From positions 4,154,001 to 4,218,000 of the forward strand of contig NC_135768.1 in assembly GCF_052425735.1 (NCBI RefSeq): a stretch of 64,000 nucleotides of DNA, in the 5' to 3' direction. Positions within the stretch are counted from its first letter, which is position 1. Each line of letters starts with the position of its first letter. This stretch comes from Oculina patagonica (taxonomy: Eukaryota). Below, in pieces: positions 1 through 13,300 of this stretch. Both the position numbers and the translations under genes were made by a program. The notes under the pieces are model-generated. The model saw nothing but the letters and a program-made list of their open reading frames with translations. It had not been told where the DNA came from and did not search any database.

Positions 1-722
1 CGTAAAATTCACGTGGCTCAGAGAAACCAAGTGTGGTTTTCAGCTGGCTGAGGTACGAATGAAGCGGAAAACGTTTCTCTCACACATTGCTAGGAGTGTG
101 GGTTCTAGTGTGTGTGTGTGTGGGGGGGGGGGGGGGTGGGGGTATAAGGTCACATGGCTCGGTGCAAGGTTTAGTTTGTTTGTTTAGTTTTTGCGTGGTT
201 TCGCTTGGCATGGCTCCCAGAAGTGTGAAAATTCATATAATCTCTACCTCTATATCATACAGTGCCCTTATAGCACGGACACTCGTACGGTTTGTAACTT
301 TAGACAGAATTTTTTCCAGTATTGTTCAAGAAAGTGATAATATGACAACTATGATTTTGAGGTCAAAACAACCTTTTCAAATGACTTAACAAATTTATCA
401 AACTCATCGAATATACTCTACCAAACAGGGCAAGGATGTTCTAGCCAAAAATCTGGTTCAAAACCAAACTTTGTGCAGTTTTTCCCGTGCTTCCCACCAG
501 TTACATGTTTTCCCGTCCTTGCCATGAGAAACACGTTTACCTTACCTTACATGTGGGTAAAGCTCTACCCAGACTTCCCGATAGTAAAAAACATTTTTCT
601 CTTTCATGTTCTGATGGTCATAATAGTAATTCACGCTGTGATTAATTTGGTTTTAGTGTAGCAGCAGTCACTGGAAGGCTACTCTAAGAGTGTGACAGTT
701 ATAAAGATAACAAAGTGCTTAC

Positions 723-1292
723 GCTTAGTCCCACGAAAAACTGCTGAATTTTGGCTTGGCGGTCAGGCTGACTGGACAAATCCTTCAAGGATTCCAGCCG
801 ATCATAGAATGCAGCAAACACTGTCTCTCCTCTGTAAAACATGAATAATACAGGTCAAACACTTTTAAGGGGTGCAATGACAAGATAAAGTTCGTAATGT
901 TATGTAAACTATAATTATTAACAGTAAAAAGCTGATGTATCCACTATTGGAGTATTGGTAAGATCTTAGACAATCTTAACCGCTAGCATGTCACATACAA
1001 TAACCCATACAATACATCACGTCACACAAAATGCATCACATCACACACAACGCGTCACGTCACGTCACACGTGACGCATAAATATCAAACGTGATGTCGT
1101 ACATTCGTATTTTGTACTCTCCTTTGTGTAACAACTCAAGAACTGCTTAAGAATAGAAACGTCTTCCTTTTCCCTTCCTAGTAAGAAGCATATCAACACA
1201 GGATGCTTTCGATATTGCTGATCCTTGTAGCATGCAGGACGTGTGTCACATACTGATGAACCAAGAAAAACGAAAAAAAAAAACTCCCCACA

Positions 1293-1359
<67 letters not shown>

Positions 1360-4300
1360 TCTTTTATTTAGACACGATAAATTTACAGCATAGCTGATGT
1401 GGTCGTGTTTAAGTTATCTAAGAAATAATCATAACAAAAATAACAATAAGACAAATACGAATACTAACTAAACTTATTTACAATATACAAGATATTTACA
1501 ATATTTACATGCACTAGCCTATTTACAATTTTCTATTTACAATATCAAGATTTTTGATGGCTTTTAGTTCCGTATTGAAGGAAGCTAAGCTTTCTTTAGC
1601 TCTCCAGGCATTGGGCAAATTGTTCCACCTTTTTGCGCCAATGTATGAAACTGATCTCAGTTTAAAGTTAGTTTTTGGCTTGGGCAAGACTAAGCAGTTC
1701 TGACGTCTCAGGTCATATATACTATGCTGCTTCTGAAAAAGAAATTGGATACCCAATGGAGCAGTTCCTTCAAATACTGTGTATACTAGAGTTAAAATTT
1801 TAGTGTTATAGTTAGTTTCTAGCGTTCGCCATTTTACTCTTTGAAGGACATCCACAGAGGGTGTATACCAGTCTAATTTATGAATTATTTTTGCGGCACG
1901 GACATGAATCTTCTCAAGTTCTTTAAAGAGAGTACTGCCGCAAGAACCCCATACAGTTATGCCGTATGTAACAGATGGTAAGATGACTTTAAAGTAGAAA
2001 TCAGTTTTTGGTTTAACAGGTAGGAAATGCATAGATCGTAGCAAGTTTAGCTTCTGGGTGTATGACTTAATGAGAGCGTTTACATGAGTGTCCCATTTGA
2101 GTTCATTATCCAGGTGAACGCCCAAACATCTGGAAGAAGTCACCAGTTTTATCGGATTACCTCCAAGTGATACCTGCCCTAGAGGTCCAATGAAACGCCG
2201 GCCTCGGGATAGCATCATATACTCGGTCTTCCCTGGATGTGGAGTTAGCTGGTTTTTGCAGCACCACTTGTATAACCTCTCTAGAATGGCGTTTAGCTTC
2301 TCTGCAACCTTTTCATGAGTCTGTGCGGATGCATAAATGGTAGTGTCATCCGCGTACATATGTAAGACCCCTTCACCTTCAGCTACATCCGGGAGGTCAT
2401 TGCAGAATAGTGAAAACAGAGTCGGACCCAGTACTGATCCTTGAGGAACGCCGTACTTTACCATTCTCCTTTCTGATTTATAGCCATTAACAATTGTTAC
2501 CTGGGATCGGTTTGTCAGGTAGTCTCTGATCCATGACCACAGGTCTCCTGCAATTCCAAGGCTTTGTAGTTTCTGTAGTAGAAGGGAGTGAGACACAGTG
2601 TCAAACGCCTTCCGGAAGTCCACAAATACTACACCCACTACAAGATTGTTGTCGAGGGCTTGCCTCCAGTCCTCAGTCATTTTGATCAATAGATGCTCAG
2701 TTGACATGCCCTTCTTGTACGCCCATTGGTTGTTGTTTGCAAGGTCATGTGTGCTAACATGTGAAGTGACTGTAGCTTCGACACAAGACTCCATTATCTT
2801 GCCAGGCACACTAAGAAGTGAGATTGGTCGATAATTTAATTTATCTGTCTCGTCATTGCTCTTGTATACAGAGCACACGTTAGCGGATTTCCACATTACT
2901 GGAACCGTATTGGTTAACGCACTTAATTTAAATATTGAAAGCAGTGATGGCACGATCGCATTTCTTGCTAGCTTGAGGAGCTTGGGTGCTACTTTATCTG
3001 GACCACTTGCCTTGTCTTTCTTTAGTTTTATCAGCGATTTCGTGATCACATCAGATGTTACCTCAATTGCCATGACAGTGGGTGTTACATTAGTAATAGA
3101 AGCTTTCAGATCTGCAGAGAGCTTGGGAAGTTCACCAGCAAGTTTCTCACCAATCGTGGAAAAGTGTTCATTCAAGATGTCTGCCTTCCTTTGGTCAGAC
3201 GTCTCTAAGACTCCATCCGAGTTTCTGATGGCCACCGGAGCACCCGAAAAATTGTAACAGGCAGCTTTCTTCACCAGCTTCCAATAGGATTTACAGTTCT
3301 TAACTTGGTCAAAAAGATCAGAGTAGTATGCACACTTCGCCCATCTGACTTGATCAGTGACCCGGTTTCTCAGTTCCCGATATTGTGCCCAGAGATCTTC
3401 ATTCTTGGTTCTTCTTGCCTTCAGCACCGTTTTATACCGGTTTTACAGGTCTCCCTGTAGCTCAGGGTTAGAACATCTGACAAATGTGGGGAAGGTAGTG
3501 AGTTCGATTTCTGTCGGGACTCAGTCTTTTTCTTTGTCCCACGCTCGTGACAACCGCAAATTACATCTTTCTCACAACATATTAATACTTATAGATGTCA
3601 AGTGATTTTTACCTTGTTGCCATGGCACGCAGGTCATTGATCCAAAAGCTGGCGTCTCTAGTCTTCTCCTTGATATAGATTTGTGGGGAAGGAATGGCAA
3701 TCTCAAGCAGTTTGATAGGACGGTACCTGCAACATTGTACAACATTATAATCATTTCATCAGGCCTTGTTCAATATTATGTGGGCTAAAATGGAGAATTC
3801 ACTGGGCTAAAATATATATTTTAGCCTGCTGCCGTGGACCAATCAGAAACAAGATAATAATGAAGCCAGCCAATCAGAACTGAAAACCATTCAACTGTTC
3901 GCGCCGTTTTCTTGATAGCTGCATTACTTCAAGCTTCGTTTATTTGAGTGGGGGCGCTTCCATCTGCAACTGCAAAATGTTTTTGAGCTTTATAACGACA
4001 AAATGGCTGAAGGGCTTTACAGGGAAGCAAATTCTCAGTCTTCTTAGCTAGATGAAGAGGAATTACAGGAACTCAAAGAAGAATTCAGGCCGCAAAGTGA
4101 ATGTCAGTTTGTCTTCGTTGCGTGAAACTCTCTCACTTCAGGCATTGTGCATAATTAATTTTAACATTCTAAATGACGACTATTTCTTTGCTGTCGATAG
4201 AATTCTGTAATTTCCTTTTCAAGCAAGATTGCTTTGACTAATTTTGCGGTTTTCTGCCCAGTTTTGTAAACGTTTAAACCTGGTTTTCAATAAGAAATAA

Positions 4301-7300
4301 ACACCGACTTGCAACGGCAATGTTCAAGATATCGTTCAGTACTATTTTTGATTCCTTTTCTAAATGCTCTCTGAAATTATTATAATAGTAACAGAGTTGA
4401 TGCTCTTGGTCGTAAATATGTTTTTGGCCCTTCCCTGAGTTCACTTTAACCCTTGCCTGCGGCTTGGAAGCTCAACACATACCTACATGGGAACCATTAC
4501 GAAAGTTGAAAAGGGATTACAACTTTGGCTTTTGCACGTTACAAAAATCTTGTTACCAAAGAGAAACAGTATCAGTTCAACATAAGAATACAACTAACTT
4601 GAAAGAAGCGACCATGTTAGCATAAGCAAAGTACTGATAATGATCCTTGTGCAGTGAGTGTCCACATGGTTGCACACTCGCTCGGCGCTTGTAGTTTCCG
4701 GCATAGAATCTCAGCTCCAGGTATTTTGCAAAGGACAACGCCCATGCTTCAGGGGAGAGGGGGACGATTGGAGTTACCTAGGAAACATTAAAATTATGTT
4801 TAAAGAAAGCCCGAATTTCAGACGTCTTCCTCTGGCAGGCGACCAGAGGAAGATGTCCAAAAAAAAGATTCAAGGCCTTCGACCTTCCTGGCACTATCTG
4901 GATTTGTTCTACATAGTCTTGATTTCAAGTCTTCGACCATACTTGAATAAAATTAGCCAACTGGTCGGTTTCCTGCCAGTTGGGGGTCAACCATGTTATA
5001 TTTATCTTTGCTTTCTTTGTTTGAGTGCGATGCAGGTTTTTCGCTAAGTCCACTATAATAATGCAGTTTAATTTTTATATTCACATTCTACATTTTCACT
5101 TGAAGTGAACTATTTTCTCACTGATACTCTCGTCTGAACCAGTGTGAAATGCTGGGGAGTAATACAGAATTGTTTTGCAGTCTAATCCCCCATCTACAAC
5201 AAAGCTAAAACACTTTTAAAACTGTTTAGTTAAACAAGGTTCAAAATTGCTTTCTTTGTTGAAGTTGCCAACTGATGTTTCTTGACTTAAAACTTAGCAC
5301 AGTCAAAGCACAAGTTAGAGCTTACTTGAACCGTAAGTGAAATTCAGTCTCTGTTTTGTGTAAATAATAATAATGGAATGATGTGTGGAGAGAATGAACT
5401 CAGAAAAAATTCTGAGTTCAACAGATGGGAGTTGAACCCACGACCTTCCGTACACTAGTCGGACGCTCTGACCACTGAGCTACTGAGAACTCTAGTGGTT
5501 TAACTAAGCATGTTTGTTGGTGTGAATGGGGTGTAAAACTGGTTTAAAACTTGTCTAACCTGTTTACATTCTTTGCACCAGCTCCACGTAAGAATGGTAT
5601 GTTGGAATCCTGGGATGGGTGACTCAAGGTTCCTCATGTGAATGTACACCGACCCAGTGCCATGCGCAAAGTATCTCACGTGATCTACCATGGGCACGTC
5701 ACAGTTCGGATTGGGACAGATGTAAGATGGTCTAAAAAGTAGTTCTTTGGTTACCAAAGTCGTGACAAATGAAAAAGTCGCTATCAATAAGCCAGAAATG
5801 CTTCTTTGAAAACACATGACAGGAAAATTAAAACAAAATAATACCTAAAGCAGTATATCTCCAGAAAACCGCCAAGCGTGATGTCATTTCGTCCATAAAA
5901 CTCCATGAAAACGGCCCTGTAGGAAATAAACAAACAACGGTTACAGTCTAATGTGGCAACTGACTGTGGTATTGTTTGTTCCATTTGAAAGGAAACCTAA
6001 ATATTCAGCCAAAAGGCTAAGTTGTAAATAGTTTTGACTAACGCTGTGACTAACGAAAAACACTGGTAATAAGCCCTGGGCTTATACGACTTTGTAAGGG
6101 TTTGGGGTTGTCTTTTTACTGGGGAGGCATAAGAAGCCGTTGAGCTGAGAAGAAACTCATCAAAAGCCTCTGATGAGTGATACAATGTATACTGCAAGGA
6201 AGCAACTGAAATAAAAATGTTTAGATCTACACTCTTCTTGCAAACTTATTCACTGCCTACAACTATTTGAATTACAGTGTTTTATGATGTGGAAAAGTTG
6301 CATGGGGGGGGGGAGCTTATAGCCGGGGGAGGGAGCTTATAACCCCAAAATGTCTTCGTTAGAGCGGTTTTCACTTGAGTGTCGAAAGTAATTCGTAATT
6401 ACTTTGGTTTTGCATTACTTACTGTTTGGTTTAAAAATCTCGCGCCACTTTCTTAACCAATCAGAAGTGAAACCAAAACCAATCGTGACTCGCTCACATA
6501 CGTTTTCCCGCGCTTCGCGTCTGCTACAAGTATTTACTTTGCGTTTTGATTGGTTTACTGGATTGTCTGTGTCTGTTTTGATTGGCCAGAATGATTGCTT
6601 TGGTTTTGGTTTTACGACACTCATTTGAAAACCGCTCTAGCACTAAGATTGGCCCAAAACCAGGAGGTTTAAAAGCAGGGCACTTATAAATAAAAGGCAT
6701 CTTACGGTAGTTTTCATCAGATTGGAGCAAATACTGTTCAGGCATACTCTACAGTTCAACCCCTCAATCATAGACAGCCTCCCACCAGTTCGATTTTTTG
6801 CATGTTCATGCTCAATTTGGTAGGGGTGTAACGATACATCGAACTATCGATGCATTGCGATTGGGAGTGCTCCGATAGCGATGCATCGATCGCAAATTCA
6901 ACTATCGATAACAATCGCGATAGTTTCAATGACTATCGATAGTTACGATAGTTTTTCAAATGGTGTCCTGTAGTACTTTTTCCTTCATTGAAAAATGTCT
7001 TTCTTGTTCTCTGCCGTCCTTTCTCGACTTTCTGTTCGTTGTTTCAGAATCCGTACTGTATAACAAGCCATAAAAGCAAACTTTACGGACGTCGTTCCTC
7101 TCCAGGGCCTTATCCGCGTTCAAAATGGTGGTTCGAATATTAACTCCACCCCCCCTTCTAGGAGAAAGAAATGATTACAACGCTATAAAGTCACTAATTA
7201 CAATACTATCGCAATAGTATTGCAATAGTGTCACTACCACTGCAATAGTATTGCAATAGTAATTCGACTATCGCAATAGAGCAGTTTTCAATTGAGTGTC

Positions 7301-10300
7301 GTAAAACCAAAACCAAAGTAATTACGTTGGCCAATCACAAAGGACACAGACAATCCAGTGAACCAATCAAAACTCGAAGCAAATACATGTAGCCGGCACG
7401 AAGCGCGGGAAAACGTGCGCGAGCGAGTCACGATTGGTTTTGGTTTTAGTTCTGATTGGCTGAGAAAGTGGCGCGAGATTTTTAAGCCAATCACTAAGCG
7501 AAGCAATGCAAAACCAAAGCAAACGCAATTAACTTTCGACACTCAAGTGAAAACCGCTCTACTATCGCAATAGGCAAAATGACCCCAATAGTCACCCCTA
7601 CAATTTGGAATATCGTTTCTTCTATTTACAGTTCCTCACCCCTTACCTAATTCATTCAGTACATATTCTTCTCACTTACCAGGGGCTAATGCAGGGACGG
7701 GGTGAGTTGTTGGATTCATTTGAGTAGCTTATGAATAACACTGCGATTCTTTGATGAGCATATGGGTCCAAACAGTCCACTTGCTGGAAAACAAAATTAC
7801 GCAAAGTATATATTATAACTGCAAAATTAAGTTTTCTTGTCTTAAGTTTAAAACACTTTCTCCTAAAGAACACATGGGAAACATACTAGGGAGATTTCCG
7901 ATCTTGATATAGGACTAAAAACCTGAATGAATAACAATTGGATGCAAATGACAAAATCAATGTTTCCTTTTTCCCTCTATTTAATTTTTTTCCTAACACC
8001 ATTCCGAAAAAGATACAAAGCTGTGTGGGATATTGAGTGGCAGGTTTTGTTTGGGAATCCCATGTCAAAAGATGACAAAAAAATTAACTGATCAAATCTG
8101 ACGGATCTTTGATCAGTTACTTCTAAAACAGGTCTGGAGATTTTCTGGGAAGTGAGCATCTAAACACTTTTTCAGTTTCCATACATTCGTCTGTGAACTT
8201 TCCTTCGTACTTTGACCCTGACTAGAGACAAGTGTATGTAACATTGACTGCTTGACTAAATGTGATTCACGGGTTTCATTAAGTTTTGAAGTAGGAAGGC
8301 ACCAAAAGTACAGTAGACAGGCAGAAAAGAATACAATAAGGCAAATTCCTTTATGTTCGATTTGAAAGCAGGCAGGTACTGACTCTTGTGCATCCTGGTA
8401 CTGGTACCCGGGTCCCACCTTCTAATGAGAACCCTGAATTTTATTCTGCACATTACACACAAAATCTACTTTAGCATCATGCGCGTGCAATGTGTGCAAA
8501 CAGTAACCTACACAGCCATCCGCACATATTATAGGGCCTACATAAGGCATGCAAAGGGCTACAGGTACAAAGCTCTCCGCACACATTGCGTGCCTATAAA
8601 ACTATATCGCTAAGTCACATTGCTGAATCATACCATACCTTTCTATTATAATGGAGTGGACTTGTTGGAACAAACTGATCCTTCTTCTCTTTCACTTCTT
8701 CACTCGTTCTTTCTGGGACATTTATTTTTGGGAGACTGCTCTTTTCTTTCTTGGTTTTTCTAACTGTCGTCTCAGCAACACCTTCAAGCCATTTGCAGCG
8801 ACTCCTGGACACAGTCATCCCATTTTTGGTCAGCTGAATTTGTCCTCCCTGTGCTCGGAAGTCTGTTACCAAGGCTTGGAACAATATATCACTGTGGTCC
8901 ATAGTCAGCGATGCTGACATCAGTGCGTGAGGCTCTAACATGCACACTAGTTTACTCAGGCGTCGCTGATGAGGGTTTGAGAAATCAAACTCCTCCAAAC
9001 CCTCTTCTGTTAAGTGATGAGTGTTGTGTTGTGCATCAAGGCGTGCTGACCAGTAAATATCTGGAGGCAGTGTAGGTCTTAAGGCCATGTTCCTACCTGC
9101 TTCTGTCAGCAAATATGGAAGTGGATAGTCGAGAAATGGCGAGCTCGATAAAACAGTGCTCTTCAATGCTGCGAGGAAAAGTTCACTTCCTTCACTGGAA
9201 TCTTGCTGTGAAATTTCTGCCAGGTTTTTCTTCTGTTCTGTGCAAACTTCACCAAGCTCTTCTTTTCCATTCAATTCCCTTTCATCCACTTTCATCCTTT
9301 TTTCCAAATTTCTAGCAGCCACTTCCCATTCCTCGATTAAATGAGTAGTATCCGGAGGCAAGGCAAATTCATCCATAAGAAAGTGTAGTTCTAGTCTTAA
9401 ACTGTACGCAACATAAACCATGTGTTGAAAAATACGCTTCACTTTAGCTAACACGAAACTGTTCCCTCCTCGGAGATTCACAGTGCAGCCAAGATCTGCT
9501 GGACAGCCTTCGATGAACATAAGTGTCTTGGACTCTCCATTCTGTCAAACATGAAGTACATCTCAGAAAAAGCAGTAATGGACATTCATTATATTATACA
9601 ATAACTAAGAGAATCCTCATGCGCTTATTGGTCGAGAGCTATGCTCAATAAGAGTAAAGACCATCAAATCATGTAACCTGTAACGCAATAGAAGGCAAAT
9701 TGCGGAAAACTTTAATTAGAAATGGCCGCCACTTTTCCAAAACCAAAATATGGCAAGTTGGAAAATGTCATAGTCTTTGAGTCCCGGGTTGGGGGGGGTT
9801 TGGTGCCCCGCCCGGCCCAAAAAAAAAACGGCCAAAATTGGAACATTGGGGGTGAAATTTCCCACATCTCATTTGTTGTTAAATTTTCAATGTTATTGTA
9901 TAAAACAAATCGACCACAATATTTCATGGTCACACAGTAAAAGTCCAGAGGTGACGAGAATGAAGCACCTGACCATCTAAGATAAAATGCCTTGACTAAA
10001 AACCAAATTCTCCCAAAGAAAATTGTGGAAAATATTTGAAAACACTGAGGGAAATTTTAACAGAACTGAGGCTGAACTTTGACAATCTTTAAAGGTTCTA
10101 TCAGATATTGTATAGTTTTACCTTAAGCGTGTATCTCTGAACTCTGAATGATTGAAACGACCCCAGTTGTGGTCGACTTAGTTGCTCCATGGAACAAAGA
10201 ATATCTGCCCTTGTGCATCTGGCAATGCGTTCAATCACTTCCTGGAAAAGGTTAGCTTAGTATTTAAAAATATATTACTGGTATATCATAGGTGATACTT

Positions 10301-13300
10301 CCAACTTTCAAACCTTACTAACACCCAATATCTTGAAGATGAAGTATTCAACATGACACGAGCATGGGACAAAGAAAAATTCTGAGTCCCCGACAGGAAT
10401 CGAACCCATGGCCTCCCAGATACCGGTTGGGCGCTCTAACCACTGAGCTACGAGAGACTCGTTGTGAGCTGGGCCATTTTACTAGGTTGATAAGTGACAC
10501 GCGTCCCGCATACTGCTAGGATCAGCTATGTCGAATTCATCAAGTTTGTAGTAAATAATAAAGATGGTAAATTTTAAGGTCTTTATTATTTGTAAATTTA
10601 TTTGTCAATTTTTACCATCTTTATTATTTACTACAAACTTGATGAATTCGACATTGCTGATCTAGCAGTATGCGGGACGCGGTCCATCAACCAGTAGGCC
10701 CAGCCCACGACTCCGTAGCTCAGTTGTAGAGCCCCAACCATCTGGGAGGCCATGGCGACGGGGACGATTCTTTGTCCCATGCTCGTGTCATGTTGAATAC
10801 TTCATCTTCATTATTTATTACCGAGCTTAAAATTTACCATCTTTATTATTTACCCAATATCTTATACCAAACTATTGTCCTTATACATCAACTTCTCGTT
10901 GAAACCGGCACACTCCCTGAAAACCCACTACTTTTACTGCACATATACACTAAAAAAGAAAATACTGAATTAACAATAAAGCTGTCTAAGTAATTAGCTA
11001 ATTAGTGACCATCGGCTACCACCTATACAAAAATTCTCTACATTGGTTATTGCATTTCTAGCCTTCTGATTGACTCACAAATTCTGTCGGCCATATGGAG
11101 AATGGACAGGCAATTTGTTTACAATTTTGTTTGAGGCAACAAGAATATTTTTACAAATCGGTAGTTCATTTGCCTGTCAAAATCAAACAAAATCTCCTCA
11201 TTTACTCTAACCAGTAACTAATACACAAAGTTTGGAATAAAACATTTCACAGAAAATAACTGCAAATGTACGACATGAGCTTCTAAAAAAACAGCTCCAA
11301 ATTGAAAACAGCATTAAACAAAATGCAATTTACAGGACGATCTGAAAACCAACAGAAACAGATTTTTACAATAAAATTAGGCTTTGGGTACCGTAAAATT
11401 TCAACTATAAGCCCCCCTGGATATAAGCCCCTCTCTGCCGGATGACCGTACTGAACAGGGCTAAATGTTGCTTTATTATGCGTTTTTAACTTAAAAACTT
11501 ATTTCGAACAACACTCCAGTGGCTCTTCTTGAAACTTTTTTTTTTTTATTCTGCTTATAAGCCCTCCCGGATATAAGCCCCTCTAATAAGACTACAAAGT
11601 TGTATAAGCCCAGGACTTATAACCGGAATTTTACGGTATTCAACGCACAAAAAAAGTCTCATGTATTCAGTAGAGCTCTAAAAAGTTTCTACAACAACAA
11701 TCAAGGTGGGAATTTATTAAAATAATTTATTCCATTTGTGCTCGTTGGATATGAGATGATAATAACCAACTCACACTACGTGCCTAGTTGTTCTATCAGC
11801 ACATAGCCAACACGTGCGCTTGAAATAAGTAATTATCACGTTAAGTACTTACTGGTTTAACATTCAGGACCAGAGTGATCCCATGTTTTAGAAGCATGTC
11901 CTGGGCCAGTCGTGAAACAGTTTTCTCCACCAACAAAATGTTGGGTCGTAAAGAAACTACTCTTGCTACAAAGTTCTTCAGAAATTCAAATTCTTGGAGA
12001 ACAAGTGGATCGAGGGATGCCAAGCGGTTTTCATTACGCTGCAAAGGAAAAATTACATTCAGTTATAAGACAAATAAAAAGAGAATATATACATGTACTC
12101 CTTATTCGATAGTTTGACATTTTTAAAATGAGTAGCAAGAAAAAGAAGATTAACATTTCCCAAGTCATTTTTGTTTAAACTGAAAAGAGACTTCTGATCA
12201 TGTATAACTATTACAAAGTGATGAATGATCATCGCAGTGAATTTCCAATTTAAAGGAGCTACGTTACGGACAACGCATCTTGAAAAACTGGCAAGTTTTT
12301 TCAAGTTTGTCGTTGGTAATCCGTCTTAGTCTACGTCCGTCAAAACCATCCTTGTGTATTTGCTTGTTTTCATTACTCCTGTTGTTTTTCTGTGTTAGAA
12401 AACTATTATTTTGAGGTCCTTTGCTTTGACAGTAATCAGAAAAATCTCTTAAAATATCGTGACACTGCTCCTTTAAGCAATTGGAATAAAGAAGCCTGAA
12501 AAAAATTCAGGACTTCGCTCAGTTGGTAGAGCATAGAACAGAGGCTACTTTAAGTTATCACTTGACTCTTATTCTCTTGTTGGAAATGGCGCTGAATACA
12601 TTATAAACTTCCCTTTCTCAACATCTTACTATTACAAAAGGAAATATTAGTGTGCTTAAACTATTTATTTCAATTTTTAGCAATGTTTGAAGTCTTATCG
12701 CAGACCTGATAGTCAATGGCACAGCTAAGAACCAGAATTTTGGGGTTGCTCAACACGCTTGCCATCTTCTTATTAGCAATGTTCTTGGTGAACACAACGC
12801 CACTGATCATTTCACAGTCGCTTTTGTTTCCTCCTGGAATCTTCTTGAACTTGACATACTCACAAATATCCATATCGTCATCTTTACGAACATCAGGAGT
12901 CACCTACAAAGACATAGAATGAACCAAAAAGATAAGTTAGGAAAAGCATTTTATGGTCTGGACTTAATTGAATCACCGCTTTAGGAAACGTACAAATTTC
13001 TGAAAGAGTGAACTTCGCACATAGAAATTTTTAGTGGAGAAGTTGCCTGGCAATAAGCGTTCCATTAAATCAAGGGCATTGCTAGGGAGAGGGGTTAGTG
13101 TAAAAGGTGCCCCCCCCCCCCCCAGGGATACAGCTAAGAGCTAGCTACCAGCAAATTTCACCACATTTATTACTGGCTTTTTACTGGCTGAAATTTCACT
13201 ACAAAACAATGTGGCTATTTGCTCACACCGAAAAATTACCGCTCGAGGGCAAATGAAGGACAAAGGAAATTGCATGCATGCAAAAAAACTTCACTGTTTC

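Larger units (their letters stand above)
1296..3444 (-). mobile_element. 5'-truncated CR1/L2-clade LINE retrotransposon
   Basis: RT ORF, 3' UTR with a terminal stem (1369-1411), (ATT)n tail at 1296-1360, and flanking direct repeat ACAGGT (1290-1295 and 3445-3450). Confidence 0.9.

Noticed and set aside
6404-7573. Pairs of similar short ORFs
   Set aside because: They are translations of two MITE copies.
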